The position numbers and the translations under genes are program-made. From contig CM068743.1 of the NCBI GenBank assembly GCA_035084275.1, positions 116,436,001-116,500,000 on the forward strand: a stretch of DNA of 64,000 nucleotides. Reading direction: 5' to 3'. The notes beneath the pieces are model-generated. The model made no database searches. It was given only the letters and a program-made list of their open reading frames with translations, and was not told where the DNA came from. Position 1 is the stretch's first letter, and the number at the start of each line of letters is the position of its first letter. The DNA is from Hydrolagus colliei. Its lineage: Eukaryota. Positions 1 to 11,290 of this stretch are shown here, in pieces.

Positions 1-279
1 AAACCGTACCAATAACTCTTGCTGCACTACGTCTCCCATGTCCCTTAGGATAACCTTGTGCTAGTTTCTTGGGATCTTTCTTAAGATCTTTCTTTCAATT
101 GTGTTTTGGTTATCTTTCTGGCATTACCACATTCACCACACCCTCCTCAGCTATCTCCAACCTCAGCTTGGTCTTCCAGAAGACTATCATCTAAATGTAC
201 CTTTTTGGATTGACATCTGAAAGCATTTGTATTCAGCATAATAACAGTGTGTTCATCACATCCATAATGTGAACATTGT

Positions 280-590
280 GGAGTCCTGTAGCACAGTGGT
301 TGGAGCACTCGCCTCTCAAGTGAGGGAGCTGGGTTTAATTCATACCAGGGAAAAACCCTGGGTAAATTTCCTTACTCCACACACCTAATAATAATCCCTC
401 AAAAAAACAAATTGGTCACTTCAATCCGCGATTGTTTGTGGGACACTGCTGTGCAAAATTGGCTGCGCGATTCGCCCACAAATATACAGTCACTTTACAT
501 TATATTCTGTGAAGCGCTTTGAGACATCTAGAAGATGTGAAAAGTGCTATACCAAATGCAAGAATGATTATCCTTATTATTGTTATTATA
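280..590 (+). mobile_element. tRNA-headed SINE with L2-like 3' tail (abundant family in this window)
   Basis: tRNA-like head (gtagcacagtggtt...), shared body (gtttgtgggacactgctgtgc...ttggctgc), tail gtgaagcgctttgagac...gtgaaaagtgctataccaaatgcaag plus (tta)n; many homologous copies elsewhere in the window. Confidence 0.85.
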
Positions 591-651
591 ATGGGCTTGA
601 TGCCAATTAGGGTGGCTGTCAGCTCAGTGACTGGGACAATGCAGTACTAAC

Positions 652-770
652 CTTTGTCTTTAATGCAAAATGAATCGTATGGACCACTTGAAGAACCAGC
701 AGTATCTGTTTTCACATCGACAGTCTGCACCTTCTGTTGACCATTATCCATGTCATAACATATGGTTGTT
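652..770 (-). CDS. SUSD5: SUSD5 coding exon 3 (C-terminal half of Link module; TTICYDMDNGQQKVQTVDVKTDTAGSSSGPYDSFCIKDK)
   Basis: Acceptor ttttacttag, donor G|gttagt; 119 nt, phase 2 to phase 1, compatible with exon 2. Translation aligns by eye to recalled human SUSD5 TTVCSKG...AVDVRIE...YSALCIKDE. Later exons lie left of the window. Confidence 0.88.
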
Positions 771-1079
771 CTAAGTAAAAAAAAATTAAAAAATTGTCAT
801 CTACTGTGTTCTGTATTAAATTAACATTTAAATCCTTCTCATTATTTAACAATTTTATATGTGCGGTTTATGTCTCATTAAGTCTACTACTCAATTCTAC
901 AACTTTCTCCAGTGGAGAGTGGAGAAAAGATATCCTGTTCCTCACTTCAGGCTCCGAGCTGTTCACCTTCCCCTGACTAATGTGTGTGAGGATCTCATGT
1001 GATGTCTTTACTTCCAATTCAGTTTCCGAATCTGTCCCCATTGAAAAATACCCAAATTAATTTTGAATAGAACTCGTTT

Positions 1080-1862
1080 TTACAGCCAGCAGAGAGAGAT
1101 GTTTGTCCGGCAGTCCAGCTACTGCCCCATGTCCAACCTCCCATTTCTTTCTGAGGCCCTGCAACAAGTTGTTTCTTTCCAGCTTCGCTCCTTTCCCTCT
1201 TGCCATTCCCTATTTGAACCCCTACAATCCAGTTTCCGTGCTGTCAATACCTGCAGTATGGAGACAGCCCTAGTCAAAGTCTCTAATGACATTTTAAACA
1301 TCTGTGATCAGGGCTGTCTCTGCCTTCTTGTCCTCCGTGACCTGTATGATAACCCAGAATTCTGTGGCCTGTGTCCTCTACCGCTCCAAGCTCTGTGAAC
1401 CCATCTCCCTCATTGTCGTTTGACTCCAGTGGTTCCCCATCACCCAGAGGATTTAATTCAAGATCCTGGTCCTCACGTTCAAAGTGCTCCTTGGCCTCGC
1501 CCCACTGCAACCTCCTAACCCCCTACCAACCTGCCCACCCCCTCCGCTCAGCAGGCTCCGGCCTCCTCCATATCCCTGACCTACCCGTCCAAGCATTGGT
1601 GGGAGAGCCTTCAGCCACTCAGCCCCTAACCTCTGGAATTCCATCTTACAATCCTCCACCTCTGCCCCCTCCCTTGCCTCCTTCAAGTCTCGCCTCAAGA
1701 CCCTCCTCTTCGACAGACCCATCGGTCCCTCCAAATGCCCTCCTTTCCCTCCACCCTTCCCGTTCCAGACCCCAGCTTGGGTCTGAAACATTGATTGCCT
1801 AGTGCCTTGGGCACTGTTTCACGATGTGAAAGGCAAGATGCAAGCATAATTTTGTTGTTGTT
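1080..1862 (+). mobile_element. L2-clade LINE fragment (RT domain piece plus 3' end, internally deleted)
   Basis: Translation YCPMSNLPFLS...STETALVKVSNDIL-like, typical of L2 ORF2; 3' tail gtgaaaggc...ttttgttgttg. Confidence 0.85.
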
Positions 1863-2900
1863 CAATCAGCTTTAATCAGCCACAAAATAAGCAGTGAAAT
1901 CACATTATAGTATATTCTGTGAAGTTCTTGGAGACTTTTCGAAGATGTGCATATCAAAGGCAAAGATTATTACTACAGTATTATTAAATCCAAACTCATG
2001 CGCTACATCATCAAATCTTCTGATCATAAAGTAAGTGTGTGCTGTGACCTCAGGCACTGAGGCCTAACAAGTTTCTTCAATATCACTTGAAGTCACAAAT
2101 GGAGACTCATTCCATAACTGAGCACATGCCATTGACACTCAGGAACTCCATCATGCTCTGAAGTAAATCACAGGGTTGCCTTTGGTTGGCATGATATCCA
2201 ATATTTAGGAGTTTATAGTAAGTCCTCTCTCACACACCACCAACATCTACTGTCAGTACACTTCACAGAAAATTCTCCACCACATGATAAGGCACTGTAT
2301 CAAATTCAAGAACTTGACAAATTCTGGAGACTGAAATAATCTTATATTAATCTAAACTAAATAATGTATATTAGAGTAAATCTAGACCCAGGTGGAAATT
2401 CTACCAATAGCAGCACTGGCTTACATTGTCAGAAAATTTGCACAATTAGCTGTTTTAAAGGAAAATCCTTTCAACACAATGTCCTCTGGAAAAACAAATC
2501 TGGCAGAGGCAAAGTTCTGAACCAAATGCAAGAAAACAATCACCGTAAGTAGGTCATGAAAGCATGAGACACTTTCCCCAATACTTGGGGTAGCAATGGA
2601 TAATCTATCTTAATATTAACTGGCAGTTATGAAAGCCCAGGATGAATTTTACAATAATTATTTTAACTGAGGTATTTAACGCCAATGTAATTAATGTCTG
2701 CCGACTTTTGACTCATTCTGATGCAGTAGTTGCATAGTGGACATGTTGCAGTTTTAATGTAATCTCAAGGAAACACGAGGTTAAGAATCTCTGGGTAATA
2801 TTGTCGTGATAATATTTCACAATCATCTTGCATATTATTTTACAGTTATGATGAGAGCATGTTTCACCTCTCAAGAAACTATGGGTTCTAATCAGTTATA

Positions 2901-3110
2901 CAGTAAAAGTCTGTTTATCCAGCACCCTCGGGACCTGGCCAATGTCAGTTAAAGTGCGTGCCGGATATTCGGCCGAAAGCACAAAAAAAAGACAAAAAAA
3001 AAAGCATTTTTCCGGTTAAATTCGGGTTAATCGAATGCAGACCTTTTTTTGAGGTGCCGGTTATACGGAAGTTACGGTTGATCGGGTCACGGATAAACAG
3101 GCTTTTACTG
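2901..3110. mobile_element. Tc1/mariner (Tigger-like) MITE
   Basis: Terminal inverted repeats cagtaaaagtctgtttatcc / ggataaacaggcttttactg flanked by TA on both sides. Confidence 0.85.
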
Positions 3111-5262
3111 TAATACTTAACAGGATTTCTTAATAAAACAGAGTTCCCACAACCTGGAACTCCACTTCAGAAGTCGACTATTCCCATGGGTTGGCATGAT
3201 ATACTTCTGATTACTTGAAGGAGTCCCCAGTTATGCAACTTTTTTTTTCTTATTAAGAAATCCTTTATTTCGAAATACCATGACACATTAGGCTCCAATA
3301 TCAAAGCTAATATGCAATTACTCAGGGAGATAGTTGGAGGCAGCTGGAGGCAGCAAATTCCAGAGGGAATTGGACAACTATTTGGCAAAGAGATTGATGA
3401 AGTGGTGTAGGAGTTACAGTGTATGACTTTTTACACTGAGATCAAATTGATGAGCTATGGCTGTCTGCTCTGCCCAGTAACTTCCTGTGGTTCTAATAAA
3501 CAGGTATTGAAAAAACAAGTTTTACATTTATTTTTCTGATTTCCACCACTGCTCTCTTGAAGGATTCTGCTGGGTTGCAAATTAGCCTTTGCTAGAGAAC
3601 AATTCTAGTTCCTTCCATAAGTGTCCATTATTCATATTCGAATGCAGCTCGTGAAAGTTGCAAGGTGATTTAACTCTAGCTGGGAGAGAGAGAAAGAGCG
3701 AGGGAGAAAGAACACAGGACTCAACCAGGCCCAATCCTATCTTTCACCTTCTGTAACACACACTGGCACTTTCCAGCAGGGTCCCCAAACCAAACTGTCT
3801 ATAGTCTATTGCAGGTTGACCAAAAAGCCAGCAGGAGACAGGGAAGCTGGCAACCGAACCAAATGGATAGATGGACAAAGAGATGGAATTTGTTCAGTAA
3901 CATCTAGAATTAAATATAATACATCATTTTCATGAGTCATGATAACAGGCACATTACTTGCAATAAAAAATGTCATTGCTGTTCCAGGCTGCTTTCACAG
4001 CCCATCGTGAAATAGTAGTAATTGCAATTACGCCTTTGGCACTTTTTTGGTATTCACTCTACAGTGTCAGTGACTCACTGAAGCTGAGACTGCTGAGACT
4101 GAACAACTCAAGCATGTGTGTGCACAAGGCTTGAGAACCACAGAGTGTGTGTTGGTGCTCTACTGGCATGTAACTAGCTACAAACACATAGCTTGCCATT
4201 CAAAGCACCGCTTATCCAGCTAGGACCACTCTACCTGCTACGGCTTTGGCTTGCAGGTTTAACAGGTGCTGGATGGAAATATTTTTTTCCCCTCAGCCTG
4301 CCTCTCCAAGTCCTGCTGATAAGCCAGGCTTCCTGATTCTGTTATCATCAGTGCCCTGGAATACAACGGACCCGCCTGGCTCAGGAACCGGACCAGAGAG
4401 ACTGCCGCAGAGGGTTGACTCGACTCCAACATTCAGTTGCCATGTCACCTTGGACTCAACTCAACTATAATGTTGGGTTTAATAAATGTAGAGATAATGT
4501 TGGCTAATTTGACTTTATCTTCCACTGAAGAGAAACATCAGCACATGGCAAACTCTGGCAGGCGTGACTACTACTGAAAAGAAACAAAGGTTTCTTTCCT
4601 ATTCCAAGATAAATATCTGTGTATAGATACATTGTATTTTTTCTGCTGTTGCCATACTCTGGGGATCCACTTACTGTACTGTATTTTTCATGTGATTAAA
4701 ACTGTCGTTTACAATAACCTACCATTTGCAGGTGTACCTCGAAGAGCACAGTAAAAAGCTAAAAATCTAAAGACTGTATTATACAACTCAAAACTAGAGG
4801 GAGTTAACATACAAAACTAAAGGTGGGAGTTGCTGAAAATTAGATGGAAAATTAGAGTATCTGTGAAAATTGAGTGGGATTAGTATCTGGTACTGTGCTG
4901 AGGATTTGCAATAGCTAAATCTTCCTTATTAAGTCTGACATTTATGCTTGTAATTAGATTGGCCAGTTTTGAGTCGAACCATTAAAAATTGATTATCTAA
5001 TACTATGCAGCAATTCATATTCTATCCTAGCCACAAACCCGAGCTGATATCTGGCACAAACAGCATTAGGCAATGTGCATAATACAGTACTACTACTGAT
5101 CATAATAATCATAACGATTTGCAATTATACAATTGCTTTCATATACCTCGTAAATGCCTCAAAGTATTTTCCAAAATACATTTGATTTGGAAAGAAAGTG
5201 TGTGTTTTTAGAAAACAAAATGAGAGCAGCCGAGGAGACCCACAAACTTCATTGAATTGGGC

Positions 5263-5314
5263 AACGAACGAACGAACTAACTAACTAACTAACGAACTAA
5301 CTAACTAACTAACT
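5263..5314. repeat. (AACG/AACT)n tetranucleotide microsatellite
   Basis: Seen directly. Confidence 0.9.
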
Positions 5315-5656
5315 TGCATTTGGGAATAGATTTGGTTTGGGAGGGAAATATAAACCTGCATATCAAAGAGACAGACTACATTAGTGTATGGCCATCAATC
5401 TAAAGGGTATTATACAGAGGAAGTGAGCAAGCGTTGCTTCTAGAGGCATTTTTTGTTGTTGATGAATGAATGAATGGATGAATGAATGAAGCTTGTGTAC
5501 TATTTGTAATAAGATTAGCATTGAGTGGAGTGTGTGGATAAGCGACTGTGAAGATCTATCCAGACCTGGGTTTGAAACATTTATCTATCCCTGTTTTATG
5601 AGTGAGTAGGGATGAGGAGCGGGGGAGGGGGCAGTTTGCAATGGGAGACGGTCTGT

Positions 5657-5975
5657 TAATAATATTCCTTGTATTTTATATAATAATTCTTGCATTTGAT
5701 ATAGCGCTTTTCACGTCTTCTAGACGTCTCAAAGCGCTTCACAGAATATACTGTAAAGTGAATTGACTGTATATTTGTGGGCGAAACACGGCAGCCAATT
5801 GCGCACAGCAGTGTCCCGCAAACAGTCGTGGATTGAAATGACAAATTAATTTTTTTTAAGGGATTATTATTAGGTGTGCGGAGTATGGAAACTTGCCCAA
5901 GGTTTCACCCTGACGTGCCTGGATTCAAACACAGATCTCACGTTTGTAAGGCGAATCATTGAGCTACAAGATTCC
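5657..5975 (-). mobile_element. tRNA-headed SINE, same family as 280-590
   Basis: Reverse complement of head (ctcaatgattcgccttacaaacgtgagatctgtgtttgaatcc), body and tail. Confidence 0.85.
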
Positions 5976-6187
5976 ATATCGCTTTTTGTTAATCAAATCG
6001 TTGAGCTGTCTCAATGTTCATGACAGTACAGTATCCTGTAAATTGAACTGACTGTAAATTTAGTGGGCGAAACCCTGTTGTGTTAGTTTGTGATCTACCT
6101 ATGCTGTGTTGTTTGATTGTGTGTGTTTGTGTGTGTGATCTACCTATTTTGTGTGTGTGTGTGTGTGAGGGCGGGATGCAGTCTTAC

Positions 6188-6365
6188 CCAATAAGGCTGT
6201 CTGACAGCCAGCCTGTGGTGCACACAGTGAAGGCACATACGTCCACCGCCCGCATCAGTTCCTTTGGGGTTACCAGGCGAGCTCCCTGCGCTGAGCACAG
6301 CTCCCGAGCCCCCCTCACATCCAGTGGCTGAGTCGCATTCTTTCCCTCCACAACGAACACTTTCC
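6188..6365 (-). CDS. SUSD5: SUSD5 coding exon 2 (Link module; GKVFVVEGKNATQPLDVRGARELCSAQGARLVTPKELMRAVDVCAFTVCTTGWLSDSLIG)
   Basis: Pyrimidine tract plus cag acceptor, donor GG|gtaaga; 178 nt, phase 1 to phase 2. Strong by-eye match to recalled human SUSD5 GKFFVLES...ARLSCKSRGAHL...CSFAVCTTGWLADGTLG. Confidence 0.92.
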
Positions 6366-7667
6366 CTGTGGCAAACCGGGAGAAGGGGTGAGAGGGGACA
6401 CACACACACACACACACACACAAGGCTCACTATTTGGCAGATAAAAGCTACTTGGACGCGTTGTGCCTCATCTGACATTGTTACTTCACTTATTTCCCCC
6501 CCCCCTCGATTTAGGAATAAACGGGATAAATTCATCCTTAATCGGCTTCAATGACACGGCACCTGAATCACTGGACTAACACACAAAACTTTAAACCTTT
6601 GCAAGCTTAAGGATGCAACGAAGATCAAGTTAAAGACTTGACAAAGCTCGTGTTCGCGTCTTTTAAAGCGATCCATTCCACTCCTTCTATTTTCTCGCAT
6701 TGGGAAGCTTTGATTTTATTGTAATTTTTTTTGTGCAGAACTGATATTTTGCAATTGACGAACGATCATTAACACGGGGGAGCGGAGGGAAATTCGCTTT
6801 GGCCGAGCTCTATTTTTGAATCACTTCAAAATAATCTTTTTTTTAAAGAAAAACATACAAGTATATTTATTTATTTATTCATTCATCCGTCCGCGCGTTG
6901 CTTACAGGCTCCGTACTCTCGGGATATCCTTTTCCACAACACCTTCTAACTCTGCACAGTGTTCAACTCGAGTATTTTACTTCCCAGATGTTTTTTAAAC
7001 GAATCCTCCCCAATGCGGGGAAATCAAAACATTTTAATGGGTGACGAGCAAATACACGGTGGGGGGGTGGGGGGGGGGGGGGGGGGGGATCGATCACTAA
7101 ATAACAGCAACGCTGATGTTACAGAGAGTTAGTGATCGAGTCCACAGGGAAGCAAATAGTTAGGGCAACATCCCGCAGACATGAATCGCTTTTAATCTAA
7201 TATCTCCACCGATCGATCACGGGTCTAACACAGTAAAAGCAACAGTGAAATCAGATTTTTTTTAAAGTACGAGTACATTACAGTCGGCTCTTAAGACAGC
7301 AGCACTAATTTGTCTAATGTTGTCTAATGAACTAATAGTTTATTCGATAAAGGCGCGTAATAACATCGCCATCAACGTCGCCTTGATGGAATTAAAGTGT
7401 TTTTCTCCCCCCCCCCCCCACCCCCCCCTCTCAAAGATGGTGTTCAACATCTAAACATTAATACTTTTGTTTTCCTTTTTATTAAAATAAAATCTAAATC
7501 CGTCGCAAGGCTCCAAAGCAATGTGTACAGAAGTTAATTTGTTTAGATTACAGTTTGCGATGAATGAGATCGAGTGGGTTTGTCTATCAGGGAAAAAAAT
7601 ACACTCTTGACATTGATCGGTGGGGGTGGGAGGGGGAGGGGGGGGGGAGGGCAGCAACTCGACTGAC

Positions 7668-7758
7668 CGTGTCCCTGGACGAGGCGGCTGTGGATGGCGA
7701 GGAGGAGGGCGATCCGTGGCAGGAGGAGAAGGCAGGGTGAGTGCCAGAGCCGAGACAT
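7668..7758 (-). CDS. SUSD5: SUSD5 first coding exon (signal peptide MSRLWHSPCLLLLPRIALLLAIHSRLVQGH)
   Basis: ATG with purine at -3, hydrophobic leader, donor G|gtcagt in phase 1 that splices in frame to exon 2 to give GH-GKVFV. Confidence 0.82.
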
Positions 7759-7835
7759 CGCGCTGCTCCCAACACTGGGAACACTGACACCGGGCAGGTG
7801 GCGATCAGCGGCGAAGGGCGATCGAGGCAGACGCA

Positions 7836-8326
7836 GACAGGCAGACACAGGCAGGGCAGACACAGGCACAGACACAGGCAGGGCAGACACAGGCAGGGCA
7901 GACACAGACACAGACACAGGCAGGGCAGACACAGACACAGGCAGGGCAGACACAGGCAGGGCAGACACAGGCAGGGCAGACACAGACACAGACACAGGCA
8001 GGGCAGACACAGACACAGACACAGGCAGGGCAGACACAGGCAGGGCAGACACAGACACAGACACAGGCAGGGCAGACACAGGCAGGGCAGACACAGACAC
8101 AGACACAGGCAGGGCAGACACAGACACAGACACAGGCAGGGCAGACACAGACACAGGCAGGGCAGACACAGATACAGACACAGGCAGGGCAGACACAGAC
8201 ACAGGCAGGGCAGACACAGACACAGACACAGGCAGGGCAGACACAGACACAGACACAGGCAGGGCAGACACAGACACAGACACAGGCAGGGCAGACACAG
8301 GCAGGGCAGACACAGACACAGGCAGG
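7836..8326. repeat. Compound tandem repeat of ggcagggcagacaca and gacaca units upstream of the SUSD5 ATG
   Basis: Seen directly; accounts for the low-complexity ORFs in the track at 7.5-8.5 kb. Confidence 0.95.
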
Positions 8327-9325
8327 TAGACAGGGCAGGACCAGGAGAGTAAGCGTTTCCACCAGACACCTCCGCTGTAAAACTCCCTCCTCTGAGAATG
8401 AATCCACCACCACACGCTCTCACTCCCTCCCTCCTCCCACAGCAACGCGACCACTACAACAACAGCAACACGAAGGAGAGTGTGCTGAGATTGGGGGCGT
8501 GGGGGGGGGGGGGGGGGGGGGAGAGAGGGGGAGAGGGTGGAGTGCAGTCCGTCAGCGAATCAAAACTTTAGCAGCGGTGTCAGCCACACAACATTTTTGC
8601 GGCGAGTGCAGATGTTGAACCAATGCGAAAATCCACAAGTGTTCGTCAATAAGCTGGTGATCATGTGCAGCTCAGCCCGCCTGGCAGGCAGGGAGATACC
8701 CTCTCACTGCCTCCCTCCCTCCCTCTCACTCACACACTCACTCACACACACAAGGGACGTCAAACCAAAGAGATCTGGACACCAACACAACAGTTGTGTT
8801 GGCCAGTCTCTCTCTCTCTCTCTCTCTCACAGTGAGCGGCTTGTATGTTGGGACTTCACTCACTCACTCTCTTACTCACTCACTCACTCACTCACTCTCT
8901 TTGCAAGTTGTTTTCAGCGTCGCTTTATTTCCGTTTGCTCAGTTATTTTTCTTCCGCGGTTTTTCCCAACACGGTCCAGCCCCAACTTACCGCGCCCCAG
9001 CGAACCCGCTCCTGTTTAAAGTGGGACGAAGAGTCCATCTGAGCACTGGCTGCTCTTTCCTGATGGACATGGAAACCACATGCGTTTTACTCCTTTTCGC
9101 ACAATTTCTTAGCCATTCTGGAGTCCCGGTCGCCCAACAGATTCAGGTTCATCCCTCAAAAAAGGATTAACAGTGTTCAGTGTTCATAACACTTCACAGA
9201 ACCTTATTTTTTCTGGAGAGAGGGGTGCAAGTTGCAATATGAAGCTGATTTATCTCCAGGTGCAAAATATAGCCTTTATTTATGCCACATCCGATGTGTC
9301 AATAAATGCGGTTAAAAAGGACCGT

Positions 9326-9641
9326 GGAGTTCTGGAGCTCAGTGGTTAACGCACTCACCTTACAAGCGAGAGACCCGGGTTCAATTCCCGGTAGGGCTCA
9401 AACCTTCGGCAAGTTTCCTTACTCCACACGCCTAACAATAATTCCTCCAAAAGAAAAAAAACTCACAATTTGGTCACTCAATTCACGACTGTTTGTGGGC
9501 CATTGCGGTGTGCAAATGACTGCTGCGTTTCGCCCACAAAAATACACAGTTAGTTGACTTTACAGTATATTCTGTGAAGCGATTTGAGATGTCTAGAAGA
9601 TGTGAAAAAACTCTATATCGAGGAGTATTATTATTATTATT
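9326..9641 (+). mobile_element. tRNA-headed SINE, well preserved
   Basis: A box (ggagctcagtggtt), B box (ggttcaattccc), family body, (tta)n tail. Confidence 0.88.
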
Positions 9642-10494
9642 AAAAATATAGGCAAAGAATAGGTTGCCTGCTCCACATTGGGTTAAAACATACCCCCGCC
9701 TCTCAGTTTCCTTTCTGTTATTATTAGCTATTAGTATTATCAGGTATTATCTTTGTGGACATCAGTGAAATCCATTAGCATGTTAAAATAAATGAATGAA
9801 GAGTGAAAATCGCAGTGTTGCTTGATAGCAGCACACTGGATCTGTTTGGGGGAAACACTGATCATTTTCACCCAAATGTTTATACTTTCTGTAACCATTT
9901 GAGATCATGCAGGATTTCAAAAAAATTGTTTCCATTTGACAAACACAGAAATTACATACAAAACAAATTGCTTTTGGCACAGAATTATTGGTGAAAAGTG
10001 TATTTAAAAAATACATAGAATCCCCTTCGTGTTGGTGTTCAACTGGTGTTAAACATGACCATTTCCAGATCAGCCCCCACCCTCCTTCTCCCATCAGTCC
10101 ACTTCTCCCTTTATATAAATATCAGTAAAGGACTTCACTACAGAAAAATTATTTGGGAATAAAAATAAAAAAACAAATAGAAATAAAAGCAATGCAAAGT
10201 GTCCTGGATGGTGGACCTCAGAATCATCACAGTGATAGCTCGGGATGAGAATTTAGGTTAAAGAGATAGAGAAACCCTCTTGCTTTGGTTGTATTCAGTT
10301 TCACATCAAGATGTCCTCTTGATGTGGAAGGCTATACAAATGTAATTGTATTGTTGTATTGCCTCACATTAACTTCCATTTGCCGCAAAAAGGCATTTTT
10401 TTGGTGTATTCTCGAGAACCTTTTACTGAGAGACAATTCTAGGAATTTTCAGTTTTCTGCATGTGTTCCGGTTAACCGTGCATCTAAAGATCCT

Positions 10495-11290
10495 TCGTCT
10501 ACAACAAAAACAACAACAGCTTGGATTTATATAGCTGCACGGCGTCTCAGACCGCTTCCCCATAACGGATCCCGGAGTCGAACCAGAGGGAAGGGGAAAA
10601 AGGTGACCAAAAGCGTGTTTGGAAAGAAAAGTCTTTAGCCAAAACCTGAAAATAGGAAAAAAGGGGATGAGGCGAAGGGAGTAAGGAAGGTAGTTCCAGA
10701 GCCTCAGGGTATATTGGCTGAAGGCACAGCCGTCGATAGTGGCGTCAAGGATTCGGGGACAAGGAGGTAGACTTCGCAAGCAACAGGTGCTGTTGTGAGG
10801 AGAGAGGAGGTCAGAGAGGTAGGGGGGTGTAGAGGAGTGGAGAGATTTGAAAACAAAAGTAAGGATCTTGAAATCGATCCTCTCTGAGACAGGGAGCCAG
10901 TGCAGTATGGCAAGGACTGGAGTAATCGGGGAGCAAAGTTTGGTACGGGTGAGAATGCGCCCACTATAGCGGGCGGCAGAATTCTGGATAACCTGGATTT
11001 TATGAATGGTAGCGGAGGGGAGTCCGGTGAGGAAGGCATGGAATAGTCCAGCTGAGAGGTGACAAAGGCATGGACCAGGGTTTTGGCAGCTTTTGGGGTG
11101 ACATATTAGCAGAGACTGGGGTTGCGTTGGAGATGGAAGAAAGCAGTGCTGGATAAGGACCGGATGTGGAGGAGGAAGGATAATTTGGGGTTGAACCTGG
11201 CGCCTAGGTTGGATAAGGGTTCGGAGAGTTTTAGGGACAGGTCGGGTAGGTGGAGGAGATGAGAGTTGTGAGATTGGACATCAGGACAAA
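10495..11290 (-). mobile_element. L2 LINE 3' fragment
   Basis: Minus-strand frames give L2 ORF2 C-terminal motifs (AFSQYTLRLWNYLP...FWLKTFL); (aca)n tail at left end. Confidence 0.85.

Larger units (their letters stand above)
6150..9150. promoter_or_regulatory. CpG-rich region / probable SUSD5 promoter CpG island
   Basis: CpG density visibly higher than flanks around exons 1-2 and upstream; judged by eye, not computed. Confidence 0.55.

Noticed and set aside
7058-7088. Long poly-G tract (another near 8500-8530) as a G-quadruplex element
   Set aside because: Homopolymer runs of uncertain length in assemblies, with no independent support for function.
7543-8454. Five 200-300 aa ORFs on both strands
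   Set aside because: They are translations of the tandem repeat; the minus-strand ones start at GTG. Only the last 30 codons before the splice donor are real (SUSD5 exon 1).
9063-9170. Signal-peptide-like short ORF MDMETTCVLLLFAQFLSHSG... divergent from SUSD5
   Set aside because: Only 35 codons, no convincing splice donor, and no downstream exon found.
9326-9400. tRNA-like sequences with A and B boxes (also at 280, 21.7 kb, 40.6 kb and 56.8 kb)
   Set aside because: Each continues into a common SINE body and tail, so they are SINE heads, not tRNA genes.
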